DNA from: Microthyrium microscopicum
Taxonomy: Eukaryota
Direction of reading: 5' to 3'
NCBI GenBank assembly: GCA_010405405.1
Contig: MU004238.1
Location: 445,530-509,529, forward strand
Length of the DNA stretch: 64,000 nucleotides
In this document: one piece after another, positions 46,850 to 59,036 of the stretch
Numbering within the stretch: the first letter of the stretch is position 1
How the letters are laid out: each line of letters starts with the position of its first letter
Translations under genes and position numbers: made by a program
Notes under the pieces: generated by a model
Database searches by the model: none
Seen by the model: the letters and a program-made list of their open reading frames with translations, nothing else
Told to the model about the DNA's origin: nothing

Positions 46850-47460
46850 TGTGATTCTGAGATGTCCTCATATTCCGGCAATATGCGCCAGTACCATGCG
46901 GTATTTGGGATGGACTCATCTCGCAGCACCAAATGTCCATGATTGTGAACAGCTCGTGAATATGAGACCAGGCTCACTCACGCGTGATCCATGAGTATCA
47001 TTGTTTGGAGTCGAGGTGCTGCCTTTCGCCGTGTTGACTGCGATTTTCTTCGATATACTCGCGATCTCCTTCATATCGGCTCCATCCTTGGCCATCATGG
47101 TGTTGAGCTTCGTACTCGTGGCGTCAGGTCAATAACAACATCAGGGTCGACTACGATCATACCATGTGTCTAATTCAGCCACGTCCTGAGAAAAGTACAA
47201 ATGATCCTGAGCACGCAATCCGCGACCGCATTATCCTGACCACCAGTCCAAGCTGCTTGATCAGTTCAGGCAGATTAAGCGACTCGCAAGCGGCCTTTCG
47301 ATTTTGTGTCGAGGTTCAAGCCACGTATACCCGGTTCTGGGCCATCTCGATCCTGCGAGGGAGGCTCTGTTCGTATTGCTTGGAGTCCAGCGTCCTCCAG
47401 GAGCTAGCTGATGGTAACCAAGGATTTAAATGCGCAGTCCGATACTCGGCGTCTTTGGGA
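46850..47460 (-). pseudogene. Probable degraded fungal CorA-like transmembrane-domain gene
   Basis: Frame-broken fragments in the expected order: HLNPWLPSAS; QSLPRRIEMAQNRVY; LNLPELIKQLGLVVRIMRSRIA; intron GTATGA..CTGAC..AAG; LNTMMAKDGADMKEIASISKKIAVNTAKGSTS/LQTMILM; GTGAGT donor; LFTIMDIW / VHPKY / WYWRI. Confidence 0.4.
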
Positions 47461-50400
47461 AGCGGACCATGTCATTAAGTAGCTTGAGTCAGCCGAGTAG
47501 CTCGCAAGAGACCTGCGTCGTCAATGTCGTTCACGGGATCGAGATCCAATCTTGCTTGCTCCTAAGTTAGATTCATCGTAATTGGAAATCTAGATCTTCT
47601 TCGGCCTTCCGAACGGCCTGCTCAAGTTTGAACCGACCACGACCTGGATGCTTAGAAGTTCGTGTGAGTCACAAGTTTCACGACCGCGCTATTCCTAGGC
47701 CGCCTTCTTGCTCTTTCGTGTAGTTCGGGCCGGCAAGGCCACTCGCAAGGGACCTGATCTGAAAAGTTGAGGTATCGTGATTTACAAACATTCAGTTAAG
47801 GTGTCCACACGGTACGCCCTCGGCATGTAAGTATGGACTTGATGATGGGACTGCTCGGAATCCGGGCACCATAGTCGTGAGCAAAGTCCCCGGCAAGTTG
47901 CACATATGGATGCTGTTAGGAACATCGATTCGTCGTAGTAACTTGACGATGCCGAAACCATCCTGCCTTCAGTTGTAATGCTTTGAGGCCACCAGCTCTC
48001 CTGGTGAAAGGCGGGACTGATCTGGAAAACTCATCATCCTGTAGGCGGCAATCTCTTGAGACATCTTTGAATCCTGAGATTGATTTGGCCAATTGAGATC
48101 CGGTCCTGATTGTTTCGATCATATTTGAATAACAGCGAATGGACGGGGGAAGCCCACAGATTCCTACCATTTCTTGTTTGCAGTTCGTAAGTCTGTCATT
48201 GAACTTTTGCTTATTTATTTGAGAAACGGTCGTGTCAAGTCGGTAGGATCATCCCGGAAGACAAATAGTTGTAGCTTTTCTTGCACCGGTTTTGACTCTC
48301 GTGAGTTGGCAGATGTAAGCTGTGTTCCCTCCATATTCTTTCCTTCGGGATTGAAAGACAGCCCACTCCATCATGGTAGCTTTCTCCGGTCGACCGAAAC
48401 GATGGGCAAGAGACACCAGAAGACCTCGTCATCCAACATAGAAGCAAGGCTTGGTATTGAGGAACATCACCTGTTGCCTTGGACGTTTGATTGTACGAAT
48501 ATGCCCTCACGCATAGATGCCTAGTGCAGAGAGAGGACTCATGAGATTGACATTTACATGATAGCGGCCGTAGTCTTCAGAGAAGCTCTATCCATTCCGT
48601 CCGGAATTTTGGTGGCCGGTATATTCAGATGCGAGAGACGGAGTCAAGGCATCCCATCCTACCACTTGTAGGCGAAAAGTCGGGTCCTTGACTTGTTCAG
48701 GAGCGCCGAAAGAGCAAGAACCATGGCCGGTTGTACTGATTGTTTGACTGCGGTATCCGCGAGCCAGCGACAGACATATCTCCTGTTTCTTAACGGTGAG
48801 TATATTGAATTACGCTGAAAATCGCAGCGAACGCACGTTGAGCAGACATGCGGTCATTTCTCTGTATTTAGGAAGCCTGAGAGTCTCATTGTGTTGATTG
48901 GGGCACATCCACTTTCTTCAAGTCACTAACTCATCGTGATGCTCAATGGAGATGAGCTTAGCTGACATCTGATGTTGATCACATCGGTTGTTACTAGTTA
49001 GCCATCAATCCAGTCCTAGCATAGCAGTAACGCTCCTATAGGAAACACAGCCGAGGCACGGCTCTTATGGAAGCTTGAAAGGCCTTTAAAACTGGCCTTT
49101 GGAATGCCAATGATGGGCGTATCATTGCGTCGGCATCCACGAAAGAGTGATGATAAGGGGTGGATTCACGAAACGAGTACAGATTTGGTGACTGTGACCG
49201 CAGGTCAAATGCTGATGCCATTGCGCTCGAAGTTGTAGGATTCTGATTTGACATTACCGAAACTGACGGCTGTTGAATTCGTATGCTTTGAAGAATAGCA
49301 CCTCCACGATTCCGTTATCTTTGTCGTTTCAAAATCCAGAGATCGACAAGTTTTGCAGGCGGTACCAAACTCCTGTGTTCCCGATCGTCCAAGAAATTTT
49401 CTCCTAAAAGCATGCAATACATGGTGAAGATAGAAGTTCGGGTAGACCTGGAAAATCTTTGCTTTTCCGGCGGAGTGATCACTACTTCCAAAGACCAGTG
49501 TCAAAAGCCAGCGCAGAACGAAGTCTAGATCTGCCGTGATTTGAGAGCCGATTGCCACAGCAAGATATCAAGATCCTAAGCCGCGCTCTCAAGGCTAGGC
49601 AAGCAATTTAATGTCAACTGATTACCTGATATGATGTATCTCGTGATTAGCATGCCGTTATTGGACAAGATTCAGCCCCGAGGAATGGTGCCACATATGG
49701 ACCAACGATAATGTGAATGCTGACAAGAGGTCCACAGCCACAAGCCTCCCCTGGGTCTACTGCATCGATGTTGTTTGGAGGCGAAGCTCGTGGAGTATGC
49801 ATCCGTTGATTTGAATAGTCGTGGGGTTTCCACCAGGAAAGAACCACAGGCACTCTAGGGAGTGGGGAATCTTGTTCAGAAATTTGATTGTCGCGCTTTC
49901 GACAAGGCCCTTGGGGGTTTGGTTCGGCTCCCTTGATATTCCTTCCCCAGAAGAAGGTCTGAAATCTGCGGCCAGTGTAATGCAGTTCGTCGAAGTAGCT
50001 GCCGCCGGAGGGTCAGTAATGCTCCAGCCAATCCTGCTGTGTTTCTCGTAGTAGTATCAGGACGGACAAGTTCTGGATATTGTGAATCTAAGTGAGGGTT
50101 GGTTTCTGCGTAGAGCCAGTGTAATTTGGGCAATTTTCACTCCAATATCGCCGAAGACAGTCCCGCAATCCCGAATCATAAGTAACGCAAGCGACGACTG
50201 TGGTGTTTAGAAGCCTCAGATGGCCTGAGTTGAGAATTTTTAGTGATTATGCTGCCTTTGTAAAATGTGATACCGAATAGTCACCTTCTTGATTCCGACG
50301 TAGGAATTTCCAGCATCCTGAGGCTCTTGTGGCTCCCCAAGGATAAGCCAGAGTTTTCACAGGCTCACAGCTCCCAACGCACCTGACTGTGAGTGAAAGC

Positions 50401-51024
50401 GTATTGAGCTTGGATCGGCATTGTTGAAGCATTTGAGTTGATGAGCCGGATCATTTCCCGCAGTCCTTGCAGTGTCAATCCGTCCTCAGAAGAGCAAGAG
50501 GGGAAGTAGACTGCCTTGTATGAAGACAGGACATCCAAAAGGATCCATGTGCCAAAATTTTCTTGATTGGGACGCCAACGCTTTGTTATCGGCAGGACTG
50601 TTGTGTTGGGAGCTCCCGAGCCATATTCGTCTAACAGCAGTTGGGCAGGACTTGCGCTCAGAACCTGGGGCAATGACTGATAAACAAGAGGCCAGCCATG
50701 GAGATGATGATGCTGCTTGGTTTGTCGCCTCAGAGTAGATTGCCGTCCAGCAAAGAAGTTTCTACCTGTTCCAGATTGAATGGTGACCGGAACCAGAGCC
50801 ATACGGCTATTGATTGCAACTCGTGGAACCAGCGAGGAGGTCGTCAGTCCTGGAGCTCGGAGGTCAAAAACCTACTGGGATAACGCCCATGATCGGGACA
50901 TGGTGGATGTCAATTATGCTAGCGAGGACAGATTTCCAGAGTCCCGAAAGGATCCGCAATGGTATCGAGCTGCAAGGCAGTGGGACCAGCCTCCTAGTAC
51001 CACTTCTGTTTCGATTTTGGATTC

Positions 51025-51740
51025 AATGACCCACAACTCGGAAGAAGCAGAGCCACAAACCATGTCATTTTTGTCGAGAAATTCGGATCCCGAGTCCGAC
51101 ACGGAAGACCTAGCTACAGTGCATTTTTCGTGGTGATGCGGGCCAGCATGGTTGCCGTGTACCCAAAGCCAGAATCATAAGGCACACGAGCGATGATTGA
51201 GGTCGACAGTCAAGAGGACCAGCCTGCCAGAATCTAACGAAGGGTGGTTAGATACAGGAACATATAACGCGAAGAAATAGAGCCACAAACCTTTGCCTGA
51301 TTCATTTGCATCGGATGCAGCTCCAGCACGAAGCCATCGGCCTCTTCTTTGTTCCATGGTGATGCCAGTCAACCCATTTGACTAGCATTGAAAAGCAAAG
51401 CAAAGGCGGACAGGAAATGTAAATTGTGGTCAGCAGCCATGACGGCCAGTCTCTTGATGGTCTCGTTATGCTTTTTGGATGCAAAAACATGTCGCTCATA
51501 GAAGCAGAGCCACAAACCTTTTCAACCGTCGATGAACATCGGATCCAGCTGCAGCACGAAGCCATTTGTGAAGCTGATTGTGTATCGTAATACCAGCCAA
51601 AATAGCAGGTCAGCACCAGGACAAACACCATGGTCACAAACCACTGAAGATAGGATGCAAGCAATCAAGAGGACCAGCCTCCTGAGCGTATAGAATGTCT
51701 TTTCGGGTTCAAACACCCATAACTCAAAGAAGCAATGCAA
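51025..51740. repeat. Degenerate ~228-bp tandem repeat, 3+ copies
   Basis: AGCCACAAAC at 51051, 51281 and 51508. CGGAT(G/C)CAGCT(C/G)CAGCACGAAGCCAT at ~51311 and ~51540. CAAGAGGACCAGCCT at ~51211 and ~51666. ACCCA(C/T)AACTC..AGAAGCA at ~51029 and ~51715. Confidence 0.8.
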
Positions 51741-51919
51741 AAAGTGAGGGAAAAGGTTGATGGACAAGATTGACCTTGGGCAGATGGAACGGTGGACTTT
51801 ATACCCGCCAATTCCAGCTCTAGTGGCCCTTCCACGACCTCCAGTGGTGCAATTATCTCGTCTCAATACACTCGTCAGAGGCCTCCCTGCGTTTGCTTTA
51901 CTGCCCGTGCCTAAAAGCT

Positions 51920-52620
51920 TGGAGATTCACGCGGCCAATTAGAGAGACTCTTCTGGCTCTCTATCCCAAAGGAGCGTCGTGAGGCCAGCTCTGGAGCGAA
52001 TGTGGAGGATCGTGCTCTGTGTATTACGCATTCACGCGGCCAATAACAGCTTCTCTTCTGGCTGTCATTCCCAAAGAAGCGTCGTGAGGCCGGACGCTTT
52101 GGACTCTGAAGTCACTTTCGAGGATCGTGCTCAACGCTATGAGATTCACGCGGCGAATAAGAACGTCTCTTCTGTCTGTCTGTCCCAAAGAAGCGTCGTG
52201 AAGCCGGCGCTGGGATCTCCCAATTGACTTTACGGTCGGACAGAGAGTTACTGCAATATTCACGCGGCCAATAACAGCATCTTTTCTAGCTTTCAGTCCT
52301 AAAGCAGCGTCGTGAGGCCGGACACTCAGCTCTCACAATATGCTTGGCTGGCCGTGCGTGAACGCTATGAGATTCATGCGGCGAATGAGAGTGTCTTTTC
52401 TAATTTACAGTCTCAAAGGAGCGTCGTGGAGCCGGGCGCTAGGATCTCACGATATGCTCTATGGTAGTACTGGTTACCACTGCGATGTTCATGGCCCCAA
52501 TAAGATCTACGAGGCCGCAATTTGGTGCCAATGGGATGGATGAGGTCAGGAGATTTGGGCTCTGCAAGTGAAACGGAGAGATCGTGCTATACGAGTTACA
52601 TACTCACGCAGCCGATGAGT
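51920..52620 (+). repeat. ~114-bp repeat array of 5 clear and 2 decayed units, reading IHAAN-x(8-9)-SQRSVV(R/K/E)P
   Basis: ATTCA(C/T)GCGGC(C/G)AAT at 51925, 52030, 52144, 52258 and 52372, each followed by a TCCCAAAG(G/A)AGCGTCGTGAGGCC-like block. Decayed copies at 52487 and 52602. Confidence 0.93.
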
Positions 52621-53464
52621 GTGGAGTTGAACCAAGGGAGGGAAGGAAAGTCGGACACTCCAATCTCACAAGGAGAAAATTCGCATCGTACACATTTCTT
52701 CTGGGATTCCCGCAGGCAATAAGTACATTGATTACGCAATTGTACTGCAGTGATGAGGGTGAGGCCGGAAATCGTGAAGTTACGATGTATCAAGGGGGTT
52801 AGTGCTTGGTGGGCGGACCATCACTTCTGATTCTAGGCTGCCAATGGGGACGGAAAACACGCAATTCGTTCTAAGAAGCCGGTATGAGGTCGGACATTTA
52901 TCTGATTGAAGAGGAAACATCAAATTTCGACAGGGGCACGATACCAGAGCGTTGAGAATTTGCAGTGACGGTGATGAGATCGGCCATCCAGAGGCAGGTG
53001 AAACAGGAAATGAGTATAGAAGCGAGAGATTTGAGACGCTTTGGCACCCAAAGATCGTTTTCGTGGTCAGTGGTATGGCCACTCGGAGCTGTAGTGACGA
53101 GTGAACTCTCATATGTTGTAGAGAAGGTATATACCTCATGAAGAATCGTGGTACCGAAGTAGATGAAGTGAATGAAAACTGGAGACATCGTTGTTTATAA
53201 AAATCAGATCTAAGTAGTTTGTAAAAGTTATTACAGTGGGTATAATGATTGAAAACTCATCGCTGTCCATCCACCAAAGGATCTCAAATAAAACACTAAA
53301 TTGGGGTATATCATGCTGCCGTTACAGCTTCATCATGCGTCCAGTATTACCTTCAGGTTCCACCCCATTTCCTCTCCATTCTTCTCATCCTCTGCCCATG
53401 CTTCGCCGGTATATTACTGTTCCGAGACATGACCTCCACCTCCCCCTCAATCGAAAACATCCCA

Positions 53465-55405
53465 TCAAACATTAACTCCTAGCCTCTCCATACCTTCCAA
53501 TTGCCTCCGATGTTCCCTGCCCAGAGCCCACCCCTTAACAGCCATACACCCCACAACCCCCGCACAAACCAAAGCGCTCAACCCCATACTTACAACAAAC
53601 ACAACCATTGCATCCGCACCACTACCCCCAATCGCATCCGTAATATCCCTCGGACTAATCATAAACATGAACCCGCCACCCACGAGTGTAAAGCCCGTAA
53701 TCAACTCACTCGGCGGCCGTCCAGGCAGATAGGAGACTGGAGGCTTGATATAGTGGAGCAGGTAGGTCACCATGCGAGCGAGGGCGGCGACTGCGAAGAG
53801 ATTGCCCCACATGCTGTGGATGGTAGCGGCGAGGGCGGAGTTTTGCGTGTGAGCGGCCATTATTATGCCGAGAAGGAGAATTGTGAATGCTGGGAGGGGA
53901 TTTAGGGGAGTGGTTGATGTAGAGGGGCCATTCCAGGTGCCGGATGTTGGTGAGTTGGTGGTGATGGGGGAGGGTGGTGTGAAAGGGGAGTTTGGTGGTT
54001 GAGATAGGAGGAGGGATGTGTTTAGAAATTTCCGGACGCGCTTGGATTCAGCGAGGAGGCCGAGCTATGCTTATGTTAGAAAGGAACTGGGTGTAAGAAC
54101 TGCGGGCAGAACTTACCATTCCACCACCGAAGAAAAGAATCGTGATTGAAACATGCTCATAGTCCATAGGACTCCACGCCTGCCCCCAAGCAGTCAAATG
54201 TTCCAACCAAACATTCGTAACTCCGTAAATGCAAATCAACGCAGACTCCACAAATTCCGAGGTAGGGACTGCAGCTTTTCTCTTCCCAATGACTTCTGCT
54301 GGTGGTTTGACATTCCACGCCCAACCTAAATCAGCAAAGGCACCAGCCCAACGAGCAATAGCTAACGCTCCGATCCAGAAGAAAATGCCGCCTTTGACGA
54401 AATGAGCGAGGCCATTGAGGAATTGGCCGCCACGCTGCAACCCATGTTAGTATAACTCAGCCTGATATAGGGGCTCAGGGGCTTAGGTAAACATACGAAA
54501 ATACCGCCCAACGTCACGAAACCAGTGCAAATCGCAATGAATCCCATCATGATGATCGTGCGCTCCACAAATACATACATAAAGCGCATAATGGACACTG
54601 TTTTTCCAAAAACGTATTTATGAACATGCTTCGCCAGAAACTTGGCCACCCTCGTTCGCCTGAGCAGTCCATGTGTCTCAACATCCTCCTCTTCCTCCTG
54701 CTTCGCATAATTGGCCATTTCCTCATCTTTAAAGTTAAGTTCGTGCTCGGCTGTCGGCGATCCAGAGCTTATCGACGAGTTTCGTTCCGTGCCTTGTCCA
54801 GAATCGCGAGACCAGCGACGATCAGGATCGTTCTCATGTTGTGCCAGACTTTGATAAGGATTGGAGATTTCAGATGATGTTCCATGGTTGCTAGTTTTCG
54901 CGCTGAATGCATTGACAGCTCCAAGTAGAATCCAGACCAGCGCAGTCCAAGTAAAGATCCAGCCAACTTTATGATGCGCATTACTCTCATATAAATCTGG
55001 TGTTTTCGCATTATAAACAATCCCGGTAGTGATTCCGAGAGCGTTCAATGCGAAAAAGCAAAGTTGCATGAGAATAGTGAACCTTGACTGCGCAATACTG
55101 AGCATCACACCTTGACGACTTGTTAGACATGAGAGTTGAAGTATTATGAAGTACTTACTGAGAGGTAATAGAATTGCCCATGACCCTATCATCGAGAAAA
55201 TGTGAAAATAAATCCAGAAAGTATAACCTTCATGGCGAAAATAGTTTGGAACATCGAAGCTTTCTGACCATTCAATAGAAGAGGTCATATTATTGGCTGA
55301 GCCATGTTGCATGCTTTCTCCTTCATGGGGAGAGGCGGAAACAATGGCAACCCCAAAGGCCAGAGCGGCCAAGAGAGATGAATGGAATCGAAATTCGCGT
55401 GACAT
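53465..55405 (-). CDS. YTP1/DUF2427-like integral membrane protein (YCR061W-like); exons 55405-55159, 55110-54497, 54434-54117, 54064-53465
   Basis: Signal peptide, HIFSMIGSWAILLPL, YNAKTPDLYESNAHHKVGW, NGLAHFVKGGIFFWIG, EFVESALICIYGVTNVWLEHL, MAAHTQNS...IHSMWGNLF, SYLPGRPPSELITGFTLVGGG, with canonical introns. Confidence 0.88.
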
Positions 55406-57542
55406 GTATTCTAGTATCTAGGCCAAACTTCCCAACAAAACTTAAAACCAGAAGATGTGTATGAATTTCAAAAAGTCTCTGGATGGTGGATGGAAGTGGC
55501 CGGGGAAGATATAGGTGATAATGTGAGAATTAGTAAGACGCTTGCAGACTCGCGGAACCTTGTGCAAGAAATGTTTCAAAAGAGAATAATTGGGTCGCAG
55601 GTTTTGGTGGTGATCGATTCAAAACAGCATTAGAAGAACTAGGTAGATATTGTGATACACGAGATAGGAAAAAGCAAAAGCAACAAAGATTTGTCTGAAA
55701 GCGAGGTTCTAGCGACCTTTTGATGTACTTGAGCGAAGAGTCAAACTATTTTACTGCAGCTTCGGAGACATCGGAGCATGTCAAGCTTGGTGATCAAGAG
55801 CATGTCATATATGTAAGCGGGCCCGCACTACGGCAAACTCTTAGACAAACTCACCACTACCTTTACGCTTTACGGTTCGTTCGTCTCGACAGATGCATGA
55901 GGGACAAGATGGGCCGGTAGCAAATACCTGGTCTGTCCTCGTCTGTTGGCCAAGACAGAAGGGTGAGCATGGGATGAAAGAGACTTTGTAAGACTAGGCA
56001 TCAGCATTTGTTCACAAAAGTACCTGGTTCAGAAAGTCGAAGCAGACTTTTGCTATGCCTCGCATGTGTCGATGTCGTTGGCGGAAGCACGGAAGCTCGC
56101 GGAAGGAGAAGCGATCTTGGCGATCGTGGATAGGATCATGGGGACGGAACTTCAAGGAATTGGCATACTACCTACAATACATACCAGCCACACGCAGGAC
56201 AGGCAAAACAAACGGCCAGTCAGCACATGACAAGAAAGCGACAAGAGTTTTTCGTGATGCAGCTGATGTCACTAAGAGACGGCATCTTCGCGAAATTCTG
56301 CTCGGATGTCAAGTTGTTGCCCCACCACCTCAATACTCACCAGCGGCCAGGATGCATACACGGTGAGCGAAACGGCGAGGATCAGCTGCAAAATGCTGGT
56401 TGGCGTGAACCACTCTGGTTGCACGAATTCGTGTCGCCAAATGCAAGACACCTCCAGCGAGATGTGAGGGGAAAGGGGGTTGAAGAATGAGTTGTTCCCC
56501 ACTGCATACATCGCGCGCTTCGTTGCCTTTCGAAAACCTCATTTTCCATCAAGTATTTTGAGCTTCGATCAAGATGACGACGAATTGTCCTTTTTCTCCA
56601 ATATCCACTTTAAAATTCGATTGTGACGAGCTTGAGCAGTAGTCCCGCAGAGCCTCTGGAAGGAATCGTGGATGGTAGCCGTGGGAGCCGTTGAAAGTGG
56701 AGAAACGCGAATTGCTACCAAATATGGACACGATCATGCTCTGATTCACAAGGACCATTAATAATTGAGACTCGCAACGGAGAGTGGTTCCGAAGGTCAT
56801 GATAAGTCCACTTTATCCTTGTTGTTAATAGCAAGCACAGTTTGCCTGGTTCCTAAAGGGACATAAGAGATCTCAACACCACACGCATCTTCGAGTTGAC
56901 ATGGGAGCTACCTGTTATGAGGAGTTAGAGATAGGGTTGAAATTACTACCCGAGTTCATTGGAAGCGTTAAACTTCTATCCGCATGTACCAGGTACCAGA
57001 GAGACAAGTATTGGCTTATCGAGTTATGCATCCTGCAGGTTGAATCATGGGGTCGACCGTTGATAGCACGAGGAAGATGGAGCGGTCAATTTGATGGCTT
57101 CCACAGAGTAAGGTTCGGAAGGAAAGGCAGGCAAAAGCCACTCATAAAGGTTAGATCAAGGCATCCCAGCCATCTTATATCCCATTCTGGCATGGCTGCA
57201 CACTCTACACTAGCTTGAAATCTTCTTTTTTCTACGACAATTGCACAGATGTTTCGATTGTGGAGGTTTATCACGTTGTAAACATCACGATTTTGTATCA
57301 ATTTGCGGAAATAATTCGGAACAAGTCAAAAGACATACTTCGGGGACCACAACATAAGAACATGAACAGTCATAAATCCGCTAACATCGGTTCTGGAGCC
57401 ACTCTCGGATCCGTCGGAATTGAAGACAGCACAAGTCAATTGATCGCCCCTAGCACTACCTCTTACCTCGAGCATTCTCACGTGGACTGACCATGGTAGC
57501 CGCCGTTCGCGATGTAAAAGACGTAGTCGAAAACAGTAGATC

Positions 57543-58535
57543 TCACGTTCCGACTTGGATAACCACTTTGCCGCTAACATGACCATTCTTGACCCTGTTC
57601 CATGCCTGCTGATATTGCTCCAAACTCCAAATGCTGTCGACCTGGGGTTTGATCGTCTTGTGCTGTATCAGTTCGCCCAACTCTCCAAGTTGCTCACCAC
57701 TAGGCTCCACGATGAACCACTTTGACTTGACCCCAACGTTGACCCCTGTTGATGGTTTCTTCAGGTCTGGTGGTAGTGCGATACTCGTGATGAAGCCATT
57801 TTCTTTGACAAGAGTCCATGCTTCTTCCAACGTCTTTCCGCCGACGCAGTCGATGATGATGTCGAACTGGCGAGCGGGGTCCTCTTGGATGAAGGCTGAC
57901 AAGTTCTGCGTGGTATAATCCAGTACTCTATCAGCTCCTAGACTCTTGACGAAATCTGCGTTTTTGGAACTGCAAGTTCCGACTACGATTGCACCAGCCC
58001 ATGAAGCAAGCTGAGTTACCCAAATACCAACACCACCACTTGCCGCCGTAACAAGCACGCGTTTATCTGAATTGGCGTCTGCAATAGGCTTCAGGCCGGC
58101 GTGGACGAACAGCGCTTGCCAGGCCGTCAAAGCAGACAAGGGGATACTGGCTGCTGTGTTCAAGTCCATGCCATCAGGTATTTCATGGAGCTCGGAGTGC
58201 TCAGCTACAGTGATTGATCTTGCGTTTCCGTGGCGGGAAAAGGATGTCAGTCCATATACCCTGGCACCAGTTGGAAACCATGATACGCCTTCTGGAGGCG
58301 TGCTATTTGGAGTGTGAATGACTTCTCCTGCAAGATCGAATCCTGGGATTGGATTCTTCAAGGCATTTGGTTCAGGCCATTCGAGTTCGCCGGCTGTAAA
58401 GGTTGTGCTGTAGACTCGGATGAGATATTGCGATGAGGTTGGTCTTGGGGCAGGGTGCTCAAGGAGCGTCAATGTATGGTCTTTGGGTTCATGAAGGACT
58501 GTTTTGACGACTTTGGGGGTTGCGATGGCAGACAT
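57543..58535 (-). CDS. Medium-chain dehydrogenase/reductase (zinc-independent NADPH:quinone oxidoreductase-like), intronless
   Basis: GroES-like N-terminus (ELEWPEP...IPGFDLAGEV), AASIPLSALTAWQALF, Rossmann motif VLVTAASGGVG, LGADRVLDY, C-terminal GHVSGKVVI. No Cys zinc ligands. Confidence 0.92.
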   Translation of the reverse strand: MSAIATPKVVKTVLHEPKDHTLTLLEHPAPRPTSSQYLIRVYSTTFTAGELEWPEPNALKNPIPGFDLAGEVIHTPNSTPPEGVSWFPTGARVYGLTSFSRHGNARSITVAEHSELHEIPDGMDLNTAASIPLSALTAWQALFVHAGLKPIADANSDKRVLVTAASGGVGIWVTQLASWAGAIVVGTCSSKNADFVKSLGADRVLDYTTQNLSAFIQEDPARQFDIIIDCVGGKTLEEAWTLVKENGFITSIALPPDLKKPSTGVNVGVKSKWFIVEPSGEQLGELGELIQHKTIKPQVDSIWSLEQYQQAWNRVKNGHVSGKVVIQVGT

Positions 58536-59027
58536 CGTGGTTGTTTGTGTTTGCAATTGGCTTCGTGACAGTGTATTTGGGTGTTAATAATACTTCCAAT
58601 ATTGCTGCTGCGAAGACCAGGTAACCAGATTCTCCACGAATCTGTCCAAATGTAACTTACGGTTCGTGTTCATCTGCCTCTGCACTTGGTAGGCATATCG
58701 GAGTCTTTAAACACTATGTATAGTCGTTGGTGCTCCATGTATCACGATGACAAAGCACGCATCCAGGTCAGTGAGGAGTCAATGGGACGCGTGCCAAGTC
58801 GCGACTTCGAAGCGACATATACGCGAGCGATGGATCGTCCTGCTGCCAAGTAATGTAGAAAGGCAATCTTGCTAGTTAGATAGAGAGCTTTTCAGAAGTG
58901 AAGATGAGATGGAAATATTGAAGCGACAAAGAGTGAAAATAGCTTGGCGGTCGTAGGAGAGGCGCTTTCCGCCCATGATTCCGCCCATGCAGGGACGCGC
59001 TTGCTCGCCTGCCTTCCAGATCTGGCC

Positions 59028-59036
59028 AGTGCCACC
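59028..59036 (-). promoter_or_regulatory. Candidate Rpn4/PACE-like element (GGTGGCACT) upstream of RPT3
   Basis: GCCACC at 59031-59036 (GGTGGC on the minus strand), 150 nt before the RPT3 ATG. The yeast PACE consensus is GGTGGCAAA. Confidence 0.45.

Noticed and set aside
51920..52620. CRISPR-like repeat-spacer array
   Set aside because: Fungal nuclear context with no cas genes. The repeats are degenerate and bipartite, the linkers resemble each other, and the spacing preserves reading frame.
45200..53200. RIP-inactivated transposon
   Set aside because: Not visibly AT- or TpA-enriched, and no RT, integrase or DDE motifs, LTRs or TIRs were recognised. A highly diverged element cannot be excluded without a search.
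55111..55158. Reading ORF 54362-55405 as an unspliced 347-aa protein
   Set aside because: It contains a 48-nt in-frame intron (GTAAGT..CTAAC..AAG) and continues through two more introns to 53465.
57543..58535. Horizontal transfer of the intronless MDR gene
   Set aside because: Lack of introns is common here (SPT7 and the 1610-aa gene), composition looks like its neighbours, and the family is widespread in fungi. A phylogeny would be needed.
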